NCBI RefSeq assembly: GCF_009914755.1
Contig: NC_060929.1
DNA: 64,000 nt
Source: the human T2T-CHM13v2.0 reference genome, Homo sapiens
Reading direction: 5' to 3' (one strand)
The position numbers were made by a program, and so were the translations under genes. Below, piece after piece: positions 29,293-47,409 of this stretch (positions within the stretch are counted from its first letter, which is position 1; each line of letters starts with the position of its first letter). Under the pieces are notes generated by a model. The model saw only the letters and a program-made list of their open reading frames with translations. It did not search any database and had not been told where the DNA came from.

Positions 29293-29519
29293 CCAGGAGT
29301 TGGCAAACTATTGTCCATGGGTCAAATCCAACCCACCACCTGTTTTTTTGTTTGTTTTAAATAAAGTTTTACTGGCATATAGCCACAACCATTCATTTAC
29401 ATGTTGTCTATGGCTGCTTTTACAGTATAGAGTTGAATAATTTGAACAGGTACCTTATTGTTTACAAACCTAAAATATTTCCTATCTTGTTCTATACAGA
29501 AAAAGTTTACAGACTCCTA
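29293..29519. mobile_element. MER58A (hAT-Charlie)
   Basis: CAGGAGTTGGCAAACT...AAAAGTTTACAGACTCCTA terminal repeats; approximate 8-bp TSD TTCAAGAC / TTCTAGAT. Confidence 0.8.
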
Positions 29520-30280
29520 TTCTAGATCATTGAGAGCTATCTAATCCTTCATTTGAAAACTCTTAGCTGACAGAATGCATTTCCAGATACACTGCCTTCA
29601 TTTCAAATCCCTCACGCCCATTTTGAACTCCCCACATCCCACCCTGGAATCTCACTAAAAAGTTCCCTTAGTGCACTACGATGGTCTGGCTTCCTGACAC
29701 TCCCTGGGTGGTATATAGGATAAAATTGTGTCTCTGGATATAGTCTTCTCTCCCTATCAATTGTGTGAAAAACCATTATTCACTAACTGTTTTTTTCCTT
29801 CTCACTTAATATCCGTTTATCACACAACTTTCCATTTCATTGGTTTTATTTATTTCTATCTAAGTGGCAGGATGTGGGAATAGTATCCAAAGAGAAAAAA
29901 GCCCCTCCCTAGCCCACTTCCAACCCAACATAAGCTTTACATCTTTCCTCTTTAGTCCAGAAGGTGAACACAGTAGCTAAAGCAGAAAACATCAGAAGCT
30001 AGGAGGCTCTAGAAAGAAACCAGGAGGTAGATCAAGGGAAGGAAGAAGTGAAGAGGGATTTGGACAGCGTGTTGACAGCATGCATTGCTGTCAAGTAATT
30101 CTGCCCTCAAAGGAGACCCTCTAAAATAGCGATGAATGGGCTACAGGGTCATGTGGACCTGGATGTGAGTCCTATCTCTGCCACCATCCTTTGAATATTA
30201 TCTACCCTGATTTTAGCCAGTGCCTTAAAATCAGGCTGGCCCACCAGCAAGCCACAGCAGTCAATAAAAAATTATCATTA

Positions 30281-30811
<531 letters not shown>

Positions 30812-31537
30812 TCATTAGGCACTTGGGGCACATCATGGTAACTGTTGGAGTCCCTCTCCACTTCTTCCTTTCCATGCTCTATCTCCTGGTGTCTTTCTAG
30901 GGCCTCCTAGCTTCTGATGTTTTCTGCTTTAGCTACTGTGCTCACCTTTTGGACTTGACCGGATTCTGCTTTCCTATTTTGATTCTGTGAGCCCCATGTT
31001 CTCAGTCTTCAGAAATTTCCTCTGTTAGACATTTTATTTTGGACTCCTCTTAGTATCCACACCAGCTCCAGGTGTTGGATCCCATTCAGCACTGATGCTT
31101 AGCTGCCACCATACCAGAAGAGAACAGCACAGGGGCGTATGGAAAGCAATCAGAGAGTCCTTGGGCTTAATCCTGACTTTGTCCATTTCTAGTTGTATGA
31201 TTATAGGAAATTGAGTAATCTTTCCATGACTCGGTTTCTTTTCTGGATTATGTGGATATTAATGCCTATTTTGTAGAGTTGTCATGAGGATCAGAGACAT
31301 TATTGTCTTGCAAAAATAAGTACTCCATAAATGTAATATTTCATGAGCACACACCCCTTGAACCTCATATTTGTGCCTCAAACTCAGAGAAATGTAAAAT
31401 TCCAAGAGATTATTGAGGGAGGTACTTAGGTATAGAACAATTCTGTTCTGTTAGTTAGATCTCCGTTTACGACTTCAGCGTTCTTTCCTTTTATGTTTTT
31501 TTTTTTCTCTGCAGCTAAGATTTAAAATTCTTTCTCT

Positions 31538-31762
31538 TAAATAATAGACACTGGAGACTCCAAAAGTGGAAAGGGTGAAAGGAGGGTGAGGGCTGAAAAG
31601 TTACCGATGGATACAATTTTCATTATTTGGGTAATGGGCAAACCTTACCATTATACAATATACTAGTGCACAACGTAGTAGGACTGCACATGTACCTCTT
31701 GAATCTAAAATAAAATTTAAGAAAAGAAAAAATGTTCTAATAAGAAAAAATAAAATGAAATA
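31538..31762 (+). mobile_element. L1PB/L1MA 3' end
   Basis: ATAGACACTGGAGACTC...CTGCACATGTACC...GAATCTAAAATAAAA; TAAAATTCTT on both flanks. Confidence 0.75.
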
Positions 31763-34700
31763 AAATTCTTCCTTTCCCCATGTCTTTTACAATATCCCAC
31801 TTATATGGCTCTTATGGCCCCTGCACCCCATCTACTGAATAATGTGGCCCAAGTAATGTTACTTCTGATGCCTCAACTGCCTCCATCCCAGGCTGCACTC
31901 CTCTTTCTTAGAGAATTTATATGAAAGGCTCTCCTGATTTTGCACACCCCAGAGTCCTGCCCCTAAAGTTTGAAGTAGAAAGCATCTATCCCATGTTTAG
32001 TGTTCCTGCAGCACAAAAATGATCACATGCAGCCTTTTATAGGAATTTTCCATTGATAATGAAATGAATGTGCACAAAGGTTATCTAGAAGAAGGTTTAC
32101 CACCTTCTTGCTTATAATAACAAAAGAAGAGAAGGTACATATAAAACCACAACTGAAAATACAAACATAAATGTCCTATTAAAAGAAATGTATAATTAAA
32201 TATGTGACATATCAAAATAGAGTACCAGATAGCCATTGTTAGTTATGCTTTAGAACATCTCTGATGCTCTGTGACGATGCCACAATGATCGAAATCTACA
32301 AAATAGTTTAAGGTTTCTGGCTTAGCATGTTAAGAAGCTTAGAAGTCATCATTCCATCCTAAAAACAAGTAAAACGCTAAACAAACAAAAAAAATCAATA
32401 GCTTTTCTTAGACCTGGCAGAGAAGTGAGGTCACAGAGCAAACCATTTCCCCCAAAACTGGGTAGACAGACAGACAGATACAGAGAATCACATATACCCA
32501 CACAGAGACCCATAAGCAGAAACTTCCACAGGAAGCAGCCTGGGATAGGAAAACTTGAACTGCAATTGGTTAATTGCTGGATGCTAGATACAGACAACTC
32601 AGAGAGTTAAAAACTTCAGATGCAGTCATGGCAGCAGCAGGGTGGTGCGGCAGGAGCATGTGAATTTTACCTTCAAGAACTCTGCCAGGACCTCATAGTC
32701 AATACTGGAGAAAAATTCCCTCCTGCTTCTGTCAGGGAGAGGAGAGAGGAACCATTTTGAAATACATTAAAGCATGCTGTTCATAGGAACAAGATATGCT
32801 CTCTGAAGAAACTATTTTATTAGAGCCTAAGCTGCTAGAGTTTTGTCAGAGCCTAACCTACTTGGAGAACAAAATAATACCCAACTCCAGCGAGCTCAGC
32901 CTTCAGTAGGGGAAGGAAAATACGCAACTCCAGCACCCTCCAGCTGTCCTTTCTCATGTAAGGTGCCAGCACAATACTGAGAAGCACTTGAAACATTCAC
33001 AGTCCAGGGTCACAGGCTCACCAAAAGACTTAGAACTAATCATAGGACTGTAAAACCCTTTCTCTTCCCCTACACCTTGCCACTACATTACTAATGGCCT
33101 ATTTACTAGAGTTCCTTTTACTCAGTACATGGATCCACCGCTCAACAAAAAATTGCAAGGTATACTAAAAGGCAGAAAACCGAGTGTGAAGAGACTAAAA
33201 CAAGCATCAAAACAAGAGTCAGCTATGGCAGGAATGTTGGAATGATCAAAAGAAGGCATTTAGACACACTATGAATAACATGCTAAGGGCTTTAGTAGAA
33301 AAAGTAGACAACATGGAAGAACAGATAAATAAGGTAAGAAGACAGAAATTCTAAAAAACAGTCAAAAAGAAATGCTAGAGATAAAAAAAATACTGCAACA
33401 TTAATGACGAATGCTTTTGGTAGGCTCATTAGTAGATTAGACAGAGCTGAGAAAATAATGTCTGAGCTTGAGGATACGACAATAGAAACTGCCAAAACTG
33501 AAATGCAGGGAGAAAAAAAAAAGACCAAAAAAAGACCAAAACAGAATATCCAAGAACTGTGGGACAACTACCAAAGGTGTAAAATGAATAATGAAAATAT
33601 CAAAAGGAAAAGACAGAGAAAGGAATAAAAGCAATATTTGAAGCAATAATGACTAACAATTTTCCCCAGATTAACATCAGGCACTAAACTACAGATCCAG
33701 GAAGCTCAGAGAATAGCAAGCAAGATAAACATCAAAAAAAACCCTTACACCTAGACATATATTCAAATTTCAGAAAATCAAATATTTTTGAAAATCTAAA
33801 AGAAGCCATAGGGGGGGAAATACCTTCCCTATAGCAAAGCAAACATGAAAATTTCATTCAACTTGTCTTCAGAAACCAGAAAAGAGTGAATACAAATATT
33901 TTAAATATTCAGAGAAATAAAAAACATCAACCTAGAATTTTGTGAGATCATCCTTCAAAAATGAAGAAGATATATTCTTCTACAAAAAGAAATTGAGGGA
34001 ATTTGTTTCCAGTAGAGTGGCCTTCCAAGAAATGTCAAAAGAAGTTCTTCAGAGAAAAGGAAAATGATATAGGTCAGAAACTTGGATCTACATAAAGAAA
34101 AGAAGACCACCAGAGAATAAATAAGTAAAGGTAATATGAAAACTTTGTTTTTCCTATTCTTAATGTATCTAACAGATAACAGTTTATTCAAAATAACAAT
34201 AGCAACAATGTATTCTGTTATATATGCTGATGTACATACATCTGCTTCTGTATAATTGAAATAAATGAAAGTGATGATACAAGAGATAGGAGAAAATAAT
34301 TAGGAATATTATCATTATAAAGTACTTGCACTACTCATAAAATAATACAGCACTATTTGAAAGTAGACTTGGATTATTTGTAAATATATGTTGCAAACTG
34401 TAGGTTAACCATTTAAAAAGTTGAGAAAAAGAAGTATAAATGATATGCTAAGAAAGAAGAGAAAATGGAATCATATAAAATTCTCAGTTAAAACCACAAA
34501 AAACAGAAAAATTATAGAAGACAAAAGTAGGAACAAAAACAAGGACAACAAATAGAATACATCAACAAATACGGTATATATCCATCTATAATCCATCTGT
34601 AACAATAATCACCTTACATGTCAATGATCCAAATACACCAGTTAAAAGACAGAGATTGTCAGAATGGATCAAGAAGCAAGGCTTAACTTTATATTAACTA

Positions 34701-35050
34701 CAAAAAACCCACTTCAAGTACAAAGGCACAGAGATATTAAAAGAAAAGGAATGGAGAAAGAAATACCATGCTAACACTAATCAAAAGAAAGTGCAAATAA
34801 CTATATTAATTTCATCCAGAATAGACCTCGGAGCAAGCGAAGTTATCAGAAATAAAGAGGGACATTACATAATGATAAAGGGGTAATCAATTATCTGAGA
34901 AGGCATAACAACCCTCAATGTGTATGTGTCAAACAACAGAGGATCAAAATACATGAGGCAAAAACCTAAAAGAACTTCAAGGGGAAAGAGATGAATCCAT
35001 TATGATAGTTGGAAATTTTAACGCTTTTCTATCAGAAATGGACAGATCAT

Positions 35051-35384
35051 GGGCAGGACGTGGTGGTTCATGTCTGTAATTCCAGCAATTTGGGAGGTGG
35101 AAGCAGGGGAATCATTTGAGTTTGAGAGTTTGAGACCAGCCTGAGAAACATAGGGAGACAGCATCTCTACAAAAAATTTAACAATTAGCTGGATGTGCTG
35201 GTGCACACGTGTGGTCCCATCTACTCAGGAGGCTGTGGTGGGAGGGAAGATCACTTGGGCCTAGGAAGTCACAGCTGCAAGCCATGATCATGCTACTGCA
35301 CTCCAGCCTGGGTGACAGAGCGAGACTCTGTCTAAAAAAAAAGAAAGAAAGGAAGGAAGAAAGAAATAAAGAAAGAAGGAAAAA
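35051..35384 (+). mobile_element. AluJ
   Basis: Diverged dimer; TSD AAATGGACAGATC. Confidence 0.92.
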
Positions 35385-35671
35385 TGGACAGATCCAGCAG
35401 ACAGAAAATTAATAAGATTAATAAAGACATAGTTAAAATGGACATCTATAGACTACTTCATCCAACAAAAGCAGATTACACATTTTTCTGAGGCACAGAT
35501 GAACTGTTCAACAAGAGAAGTAACATTCCGGGGTATAAAACACATCTTAACATATTTAAAAGAATAAAATCATGCAAGCTGCTCTTGGACCACAATGGAA
35601 TTAAACTAGAAATAAATAACAGAGAGAATGCTGAAAAATCCCCAAATACGTGGATATTAAACAATATAACT

Positions 35672-35891
35672 GGCCAGGCGCAGTGGCTCATGCCTGTAAG
35701 CCCAACACTTTGGGAGGCTGAGGCAGGTGGATCACTTGAGCTCAGGAGTTCAAGACCAGCCTGGCCAACATGGTGAAACCCCATCTCTTCTAAAAATACA
35801 AAAATTATCCTGGCGTGGTGGCAGGCGCCTGTAATCCCAGCTACTCGGGAGGCTGAGGCAGAAGAATTGCTTGAACCCAGGAGGCGGAGGT
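35672..35891 (+). mobile_element. AluSx-like, 3'-deleted
   Basis: Ends abruptly at GGAGGCGGAGGT with no tail. Confidence 0.9.
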
Positions 35892-36344
35892 GTCTAAGAA
35901 GAAATTACAAAAAAATCAACCAAATAAAAATGAAAATATAAATTATTAAAACTTGTAAGATGTAGCTAAAGCAGTGCTTAGAGGGAAATCTATTACATTG
36001 AATACATGTATTAAAAAAGAAGAAATATCTAAAATCAGTAATCTAAACTTCCACTTTAGAAAACTAGAAAAAGAAGAGCAAATTAAAGTAAGCAGAAGAA
36101 AAGATTTCTTTTCTTTTTAAATGATAGATAAATACATTTCTTTTCTAAAAACAAAAATTAGAGTATCGATCAGTACAGAAAATCAATAAAACCAAAAGCT
36201 GGCTCTTCAAAAAGATCAATAAAATAGATATGTCTCTAGCCAGGCTAACAAAGAAAAAAAGAGAAAAGATACAAATTACTAATATCAGAAATGAAATAGG
36301 GACATCACTATAGAGCTTATGGATGTCAAAAGAATAATAAAGGA

Positions 36345-36723
<379 letters not shown>

Positions 36724-37009
36724 CTAGATGAAAAGAGCCAGTTCCTCGAAAGGCATAATTTGCCAAAACTCCCACAAGAAGAAATTGAAAATTTGAATAG
36801 GTAAGCCTGTATCTATTAAAGAAACCAAATCAATAATTACCTTCCAAATCAGAAAATGCCAGACTCAGATGGATTTCCTGGCGAATTCTACCAAATATTT
36901 AGGGAGTAAATTATGCCGATTCTCTACAATCTCTTTCAGAGATAGAAGCAGAAGAAATACTTCCCAGCTCCTTCTCTGAGACCAGCATTACTGTCACATT
37001 AAAATCTAA

Positions 37010-39190
<2,181 letters not shown>

Positions 39191-39650
39191 AAGAAAAGCA
39201 AACTACAGATCAGTATCTCTAATGAACAAAGATGCAAAAATCCTCAACAAAATATTAGCAAGTTGAATTCAACCATGTATACAGAAAGTTACACACCATA
39301 GCCATGAAGGTTTATCTCAGCAAGGCTGAGTTTATCTAGGCAAGGTTGCTTCAACATTTGAGAATCCATCACATTACATTACACATAATATAATCCAAAC
39401 AGGCTAAAGAAGAAAAATCACATGGTCATATCAATAGATACTGAAAAAGCATTTGGCAAAATCCAATATCCATTCATGATAAAAAAAAAAAAACTTAGCG
39501 AAGTAGGAAGATTGGGGAACTTCCTCAGCTTGATAAAGAATACGCTCAAAAAAACCTACAGCTAACATCATATTTAATGGTGAGAAACTCAAAGCTTTCC
39601 TACTAAGATTAGAAACAAGGCAAAGACACACTTTTTCACCACAACTTTTC

Positions 39651-39669
39651 TTTGTATCCTTCCTTCCCT

Positions 39670-39704
<35 letters not shown>

Positions 39705-40877
39705 TTCTCTTTCTTTCTTTCTTTTTAATTTAAGTTCAGGGGTACAAGTGCAGGTCTGTTACATAGGTAAACTTGTGTCACGGGAGTTTGTTGCACAGAT
39801 TATTTCACCACTAAGCCTAGTACTCATTAGTTATCTTTTCCCAATCCTCTCCCTCCTCCCACCCTCCACCCTCCAATAGGCCCCAGTGTGTGTTGTTTCC
39901 CTCTATGTACCCATATGTTCTCATCATTTAGCTCCCACTTATAAGTGAGAACATGTGGTATTTCATTTTCTATTCCCGCATTAGTTTGCTAAAGATAATG
40001 GCCTCCAGCTCTACCCATATTTCTCCAAAGGACATGATCTCATTCTTTTTTATGGCTGCATAGTATTCCATGGTGTATATGTACCACGTTTTCTTTATCC
40101 AGTCTATCAGTGAAGGGCATTTAGGTTGATTCCATGTCATTGCTATTGGGAATAGTGCTGCAATGAACATACACGTGCATGTGTCTTTATAATACAATTA
40201 TTTATATTCCTTTGGGTGTATAGCCAGTAATGAGATTGCTGGGCCAAATGGTATTTCTGTCATTAAGTCTCTGAGGAATTGCCACACCGTCTTCCACAAT
40301 GGCTGAACTAATTTACACTCCCACCAACAGTGTATAAGCATTCCTTTTTCTCTACAACCTCACCAATGTCTATTATTTTTTGACTTTTTAAAAATAGTCA
40401 TTCTGACTGGTGTGAGATGGTATCTCATTGTGGTTTTGATTTGCACTTCTCTAATGACCAGTGATGTTGAGCTTTTTTTCATATGATTGTTGGCTGCATG
40501 TATGTCTTCTTTTGAAAGTGTAATAGACATGAACACATGTCCTTTGCCTACTTTTTAATGGGGTTGTTTGTTTTTTCTTGTACATTTGTTTAAGTTCCTT
40601 ATAGATGCTGGATATTAGACCTTTGTTTTCCATTCTGTAGATTGTCTGTTTCCTCTGATAATAGTTTCTTTTGCTGTGCAGAAGCTCCTTAGTTTAATTA
40701 GATCCCATTTATTAAGTTTTGCTTTCATTGCAATTGCTTTTGGTGTCTTCATTATGAAATTTTTGCCCGTGCCTATGACCTAAATGGTATTGCCTAGGTT
40801 GTCTCCCAGGGTTTTTAGAGTTTGGGGTTTTACATTTCACTCTTTAATCCATCTTGAGGTAATTTTTTTATATGGTG
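39651..40877 (-). mobile_element. Older 5'-truncated L1PA with tail converted to a CT/GA microsatellite
   Basis: Reverse L1 3' UTR and ORF2 end (ORF 39970-40197); TSD CACCAC(AA/TG)CTTTTC at 39637-39650 and 40878-40891. Confidence 0.9.
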
Positions 40878-42103
40878 CACCACTGCTTTTCAACATTATT
40901 CTGGAAGTCCTAGCTAATACAATTAGACAGGAAAAGGAAATAAAAGTTATACAGATGTGGAGAGAAGAAACAAACTGCATTTCTTTGCAGATGACATGAT
41001 TATCTATGTAGAAAATACAAAAGAATTGAGCAAAGAAAAGCCCTCAGGAACTAGTAAGTGATTATAGCAAGGTTGCAGGATACAAAGTTAATATGCAAAA
41101 GTCACTTGCTTTCCTATATACTAGCACTGAACAAGTTAAATTTGAAATTAAAACATATAACCATTTACATTAGCACCCTGGAAATGAAATACTTAGGTAT
41201 AAATCTAGAAAACCCTGTGCAACTGAGGTAGAAATCTAAAGAAACATGTGCAACTTAGGTATAAATCTAAAAAAAAGTGTGAGATCCATATGGGGAAAGC
41301 TACAAAACTCTGATGAAAGGTGTCAAAGAAGAACTAAATAAAGGGAGTATATTCCTTGCTCATGGACAGGAAGACTCAATACTGTCTAGATGTCAGTTCC
41401 TCCCAACTTGATCTTTAGATTCGACACAGTTCCAATCAAGATTCTAGCACGTTGTTTTGTTGATATCAACAAACTGATTCTAAACGTCATATGGAAAGGC
41501 AAAAGACCCAGAATAGCCAATGTTGAAGGAAAATAACAAAATCAGAGGACTGACAGTACCAACTTTAAAACTTACAAGAAAGCCACAGCAATCAAGACAG
41601 TACAATCTTGGTAAAAGAACAGACAAGCTTGGAACAAAATAGCACATAAGTAGACCTACATAAAAGTAATCAACTGATTTTTATGAAGGAGCAAAGGTAA
41701 TACAATGGAGAAAATATAATATTTCCAACAAATAGTATTAAAACAACTGGACACCTATGTGCAAAAAAAAATCATAACACGGATCTATGCCATTCACAAA
41801 AAATAACTCCAAATGGATCATAAACCTAAATGTAAGATGCAAACTATAAAACTCCTAGAAAATAACACAGATGACCTTGGGTATAGTGATGACGTTTTTA
41901 GATACAACATCAATAGCACAATTCATGAAATAAATAATTGGTGAGCTGGACTATATTAAAATTAAAAACATATGTGCTGCAAAACATATTGTCAAAAGAA
42001 TGAGAAGGCAATCCACAGACTGGGAGAAAATATTTGCAAAATACATATCTGATAAACAACTATTATCTGAATACACGCAGAACTCTTAAAACTCAATGAT
42101 AAC

Positions 42104-42429
<326 letters not shown>

Positions 42430-43246
42430 TTAAAAAATGAGCCAAAGAGCTTAACAGACACAGATGGCAACTAAACATAAGAAAAGATGTTCCATATCAT
42501 ATGCCATTGGAAAATTGCAAATTAAAACAACAATGAGATACCACTACACACCTAGTAGAATGGCCAAAATCCAGAACACTGACAACATCAAATGCTGGTG
42601 AAGATGTGGAGCAACAAGAATACTCATTCATTGCTACTAAGAATGCAGATTGGTAGCACCACTTTGGAAGACAATTTGGCAGTTTCTTAGAAAACTAAAT
42701 GTGCTCTCACCATGCAATCCAGCAACAGTGCTCCTTGGTATTTACCTAAATGAACTGAAGACTTATGTTCATACAAAATGTATGTGCCCACGAATGTTTA
42801 TAGCAGCTTTATTCATAACCAACAAATCCTGGAAGCAACCACGACATCCTTCAGTAGGTAAGTGAATAAATAAACGGCCGCACATCCAAATATTCAGCAA
42901 GAAAAAGAAATGAGCTATCAAGCCATGTAGAGATGTGGGGAAAATGTATGTGCATGTCACCAAGTGAAAGAAGCCAATCTGAAAAGTCTACATACTGTGT
43001 GATTCCCACTATATGACACTCTGAAAAAGACAAAACTATGGAGGCAGTAAAAAGATCAGTGGTTGCCAGGAGTTGAGGGCAGAAGAGAATGATGAACAGA
43101 GAGAGCACAGAAGATTTTTAGGGCAGTAAAACTAATTCCTATAAGATATTACAATGGTAGATACTTGTCATTGTATGTTTGTCCAAGCCCATAAAATGTG
43201 CAACACCAGAGTGAAGCCTAATGTAAACTATGGATTTGTGGTGATA

Positions 43247-43250
<4 letters not shown>

Positions 43251-43281
<31 letters not shown>

Positions 43282-43552
43282 AGAGTCTTGCTCTGTTGCC
43301 CAGGCTAGAGTATAGTGTCACGATCTGGGCTCACTGCAACCTCTGCCTCCCAGGTTCAAGCAATTCTCTCACCTCCCAAGTAATTGGAATTACAGGTGCC
43401 TGCCATCACACTTGGCTAATATTTGTATTTTTAGTAGAGACGAGGTTTTGCCATGTTGGACAGGCTGGTCTCGAACTCCTGACCTGAGGTGATCCACCCA
43501 CCTTAGCCTCCCAAAGTGCTGGGATTACAGGCGTGAGCCACCACATCCAGCC
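43251..43552 (-). mobile_element. AluSx-like
   Basis: Reverse dimer with long T tract; AATGAT on both flanks. Confidence 0.95.
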
Positions 43553-43746
43553 AATGATGTGTCGATGTAGGTTCATCAATTGTAAAAAATCTACTACTCT
43601 CGTGTGGAGTGTTGCCAGTGAAGGAGGCTGTGTGTTTATGGAGACAGGGGTATATGGGAAGTACTCTCTGTACTTTCCATTTGACTTCACTGTGAATCCA
43701 AAACTGCTCTAAAAATACGAGCTTATTTGTTTTTTTAAAAAGGTGA

Positions 43747-44075
43747 TATCTTAGTCTGCTCAGGCTGCTATAACAAAATACCATAATCTGTGTGGCTTAT
43801 AAATAATAAATGTATTTCTTACAATTCTGGACACTGGGATGCCCAAGATAAGGCAGATTCAGTGTCTGGTGGAGGCCGGCTTTCTGACTCAGACGCTGCC
43901 TTCTAGCTGTGTTCTCACCTGGTGCAAAGAGCAAAGCAGCTCTCTAGGGCCGCTTTCATAAGGGCACCAACCCCATTCATGAGGGCACCACGCTCATGAC
44001 CAAATCAGTATCATTACCTTGGGGCTTAGGATTTCAACCTATGAAATTGGGGGTACACAAACCTTCAGACCACGC
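43747..44075 (-). mobile_element. MaLR LTR (MSTD/MLT1A-like)
   Basis: TATCTTAGTCTGCTCAGGCTGCTATAACAAAATACCAT...TTCAGACCA. Confidence 0.8.
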
Positions 44076-44148
44076 TAAATGATAAAAAATAATTTAAACA
44101 CAGAAATACTGCATCTCCTCACTTTTGGGAAAAAAATGCATGTCACAG

Positions 44149-44150
<2 letters not shown>

Positions 44151-44192
<42 letters not shown>
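44151..44192. repeat. (CA)n microsatellite
   Basis: Direct read, one TATA interruption. Confidence 0.95.
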
Positions 44193-44193
<1 letters not shown>

Positions 44194-44298
44194 GATGGGA
44201 AGAAAATACACTCCTAGGTTAATGGCAGTTTTCTCCAGAAGATGATGAGGAAACGATGTTTATGTTTTCTTACTGCTGATCTCTTTGGTACATCTTAA

Positions 44299-44906
<608 letters not shown>

Positions 44907-45098
44907 CTAAGTTGTTAGAACCACTGACTATTATCTATTTAGTCTAGGGACCATAGACTTCCAAGCACTCACCCAATTTGTTGGACAAGACAAGCCACTG
45001 GGATAAAGGAAAACAACCATAATTTATATTTGGATTTTTTGTATCTCTTCTTTTTTAGTTTAGATTTTTTATTTACATTTTATGATGATCATAAGATG

Positions 45099-45372
45099 TT
45101 TTCTTTTTAAAGACAGGGTCTCACTGTCGCCTCTTCCAGTCATGGCTGGCTGCAACCTCGACTTTTCAGGCTCAAGCAAACCTCTTACCTCAGCCTCCTG
45201 GGTAGCTGGGACCACAGTCGTGCACCACCATGCTTAGTTAATTTTTAAATTATTTTTAGAGACCAAGTGTTCTACGTTGCCCAGTCTGGTCTCAAACTCC
45301 TGGGCTCAAGCAATCCTTCTGCCTTGGCTCCCAAAGTGCTGGGATTACAGGCATGAGCCACAATGCCCAGCC
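45099..45372 (-). mobile_element. AluJ
   Basis: Diverged reverse dimer; TSD TCATAAGAT(G/A)TT. Confidence 0.9.
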
Positions 45373-47010
45373 AGTCATAAGATATTAATGTGATATTTCC
45401 ATATGTAATTTATATATATGCACATATGTGTAAACATATATACACACACAAGGAATATGGAGCATGCCCAAAAAATTTTCGTTTAAAGATGCACAATCAA
45501 GAAAGTTTACAAGAAGACCATTACTATAGGGACCATTTGGTCTAGCCCATTTGTTTTAGAAAGAAGGAAACTATAGCTCAAAGGGAAGGGAGGTAACTTG
45601 CCCAAGTTGTACAGCAGGTTAAAGGTTAGGTCTGGAAACTGAGACTGCTAATACTTTATCCACTTTGATTTTCTGTTTGTTTTTGCCTAATATGTTCTTT
45701 GATGGAGTAGAACTGTCTTTTGAATGCAATGTGATTCTATGTTACAAACATATTTTAATGTTACATACTCCTAGAAGCTTAATTTTAAAAGTGCTCACAC
45801 ACCTAAATGGACCTTCTGCCTCCTCCATTTGCAGTCACAGATTGCATCCTCCTCAGACAGATTTCCTCTTCCTTGTAAGCTTTACTCCCTGTCTCATAGA
45901 AACATTACTTGTCAGGATAACGCCCAGTGGAAATAAATCACCAGGAGAATCAGCTGTAAGAGTCACTGACTGAAATCATCAGAGACAGTGTTCTGGCTGC
46001 CTTAAACATTACTTACAAGAGCTGTCAGCAAAACCCTGTCTCCAGGGACCATTACTTTGAGGGAACTCTGCCAATCGCAGCATTATTGAGAAGGCGTATT
46101 TTTTATGTTCCTCAAATGCCTACTGTCAAACTAAACCAAAGTTCTGAAAGGTCACAAACACTTCCAAGTTTGGGGAAGGAAACCTACTCCCAGATTCAAG
46201 TGTGGCCTGAAGGCCAGGTAAGCAGGAGGCATTTTTTCCTAGCTTTGGTACAAACTTTCATTTGTCAGAGAAGACTTATAAAATTCATTTACACACCAGG
46301 GTTTGGATTCTGATAGCTAGTGAGGCCTTTATAAGCCTAGAATTCTATTTCCAGCTGTCTCACATTGTGCAGGATAAAGAGGAGAACATCAATTTCTCTG
46401 AGTCACTTTGAAAACTTTTAGCCCAGGAAAAACAAGACAAATGACAAATGGTAAAAAGGTAACGGCCACATCTCATTTGTTTCTAGATTGTTCCCTCTGC
46501 ACCCAGAGCCGTTGCCAACTTCATGAAGGAAACATCTTGCACAAAAGAGGCCCACATGGGAAGAAGGAAACTAGAAATGACCCAAGACTCCTGATAGAAA
46601 GTTATCAATAAAAACCCCTGTAATCATAATGTCATTACTTTGTTTTTGCTGGATGACAGAGTCCTTATGATATAATTTGCTCTTGGCAGGCCATATCATA
46701 ATTGTCTTCCTCTTAGTAACTATTTTACTGCTAGGAAAATTCAGTGTGCATGGAAAAGCATCTTGAGAAATGATGAAAAATAAATACTTTTCACTTAGAA
46801 TTGCTTTTCTATGCACTTAGTATCAAAAATTATAAATGAAAAGTTGTGTAAGCCAACCATAGAGGATTTTAGTAACATGAATGCCGAGGATTTTAGTAAC
46901 ATGAATGCCTATTATGAGAAAACTCTAAATACACAATTTAAGAAGGTGTTTATAGATAGGTTTGGAACCACTATATTAGCATCTAGTGATAACTCAAACC
47001 TGGAATTTGA

Positions 47011-47316
<306 letters not shown>

Positions 47317-47409
47317 TATTATTTTATATTTTTATTCTGTAAACACTTCTGTTATTTAACCTCATTACAATTTATTAAATAAACTCATTTTGTTAAGATA
47401 GAAGTTAAT

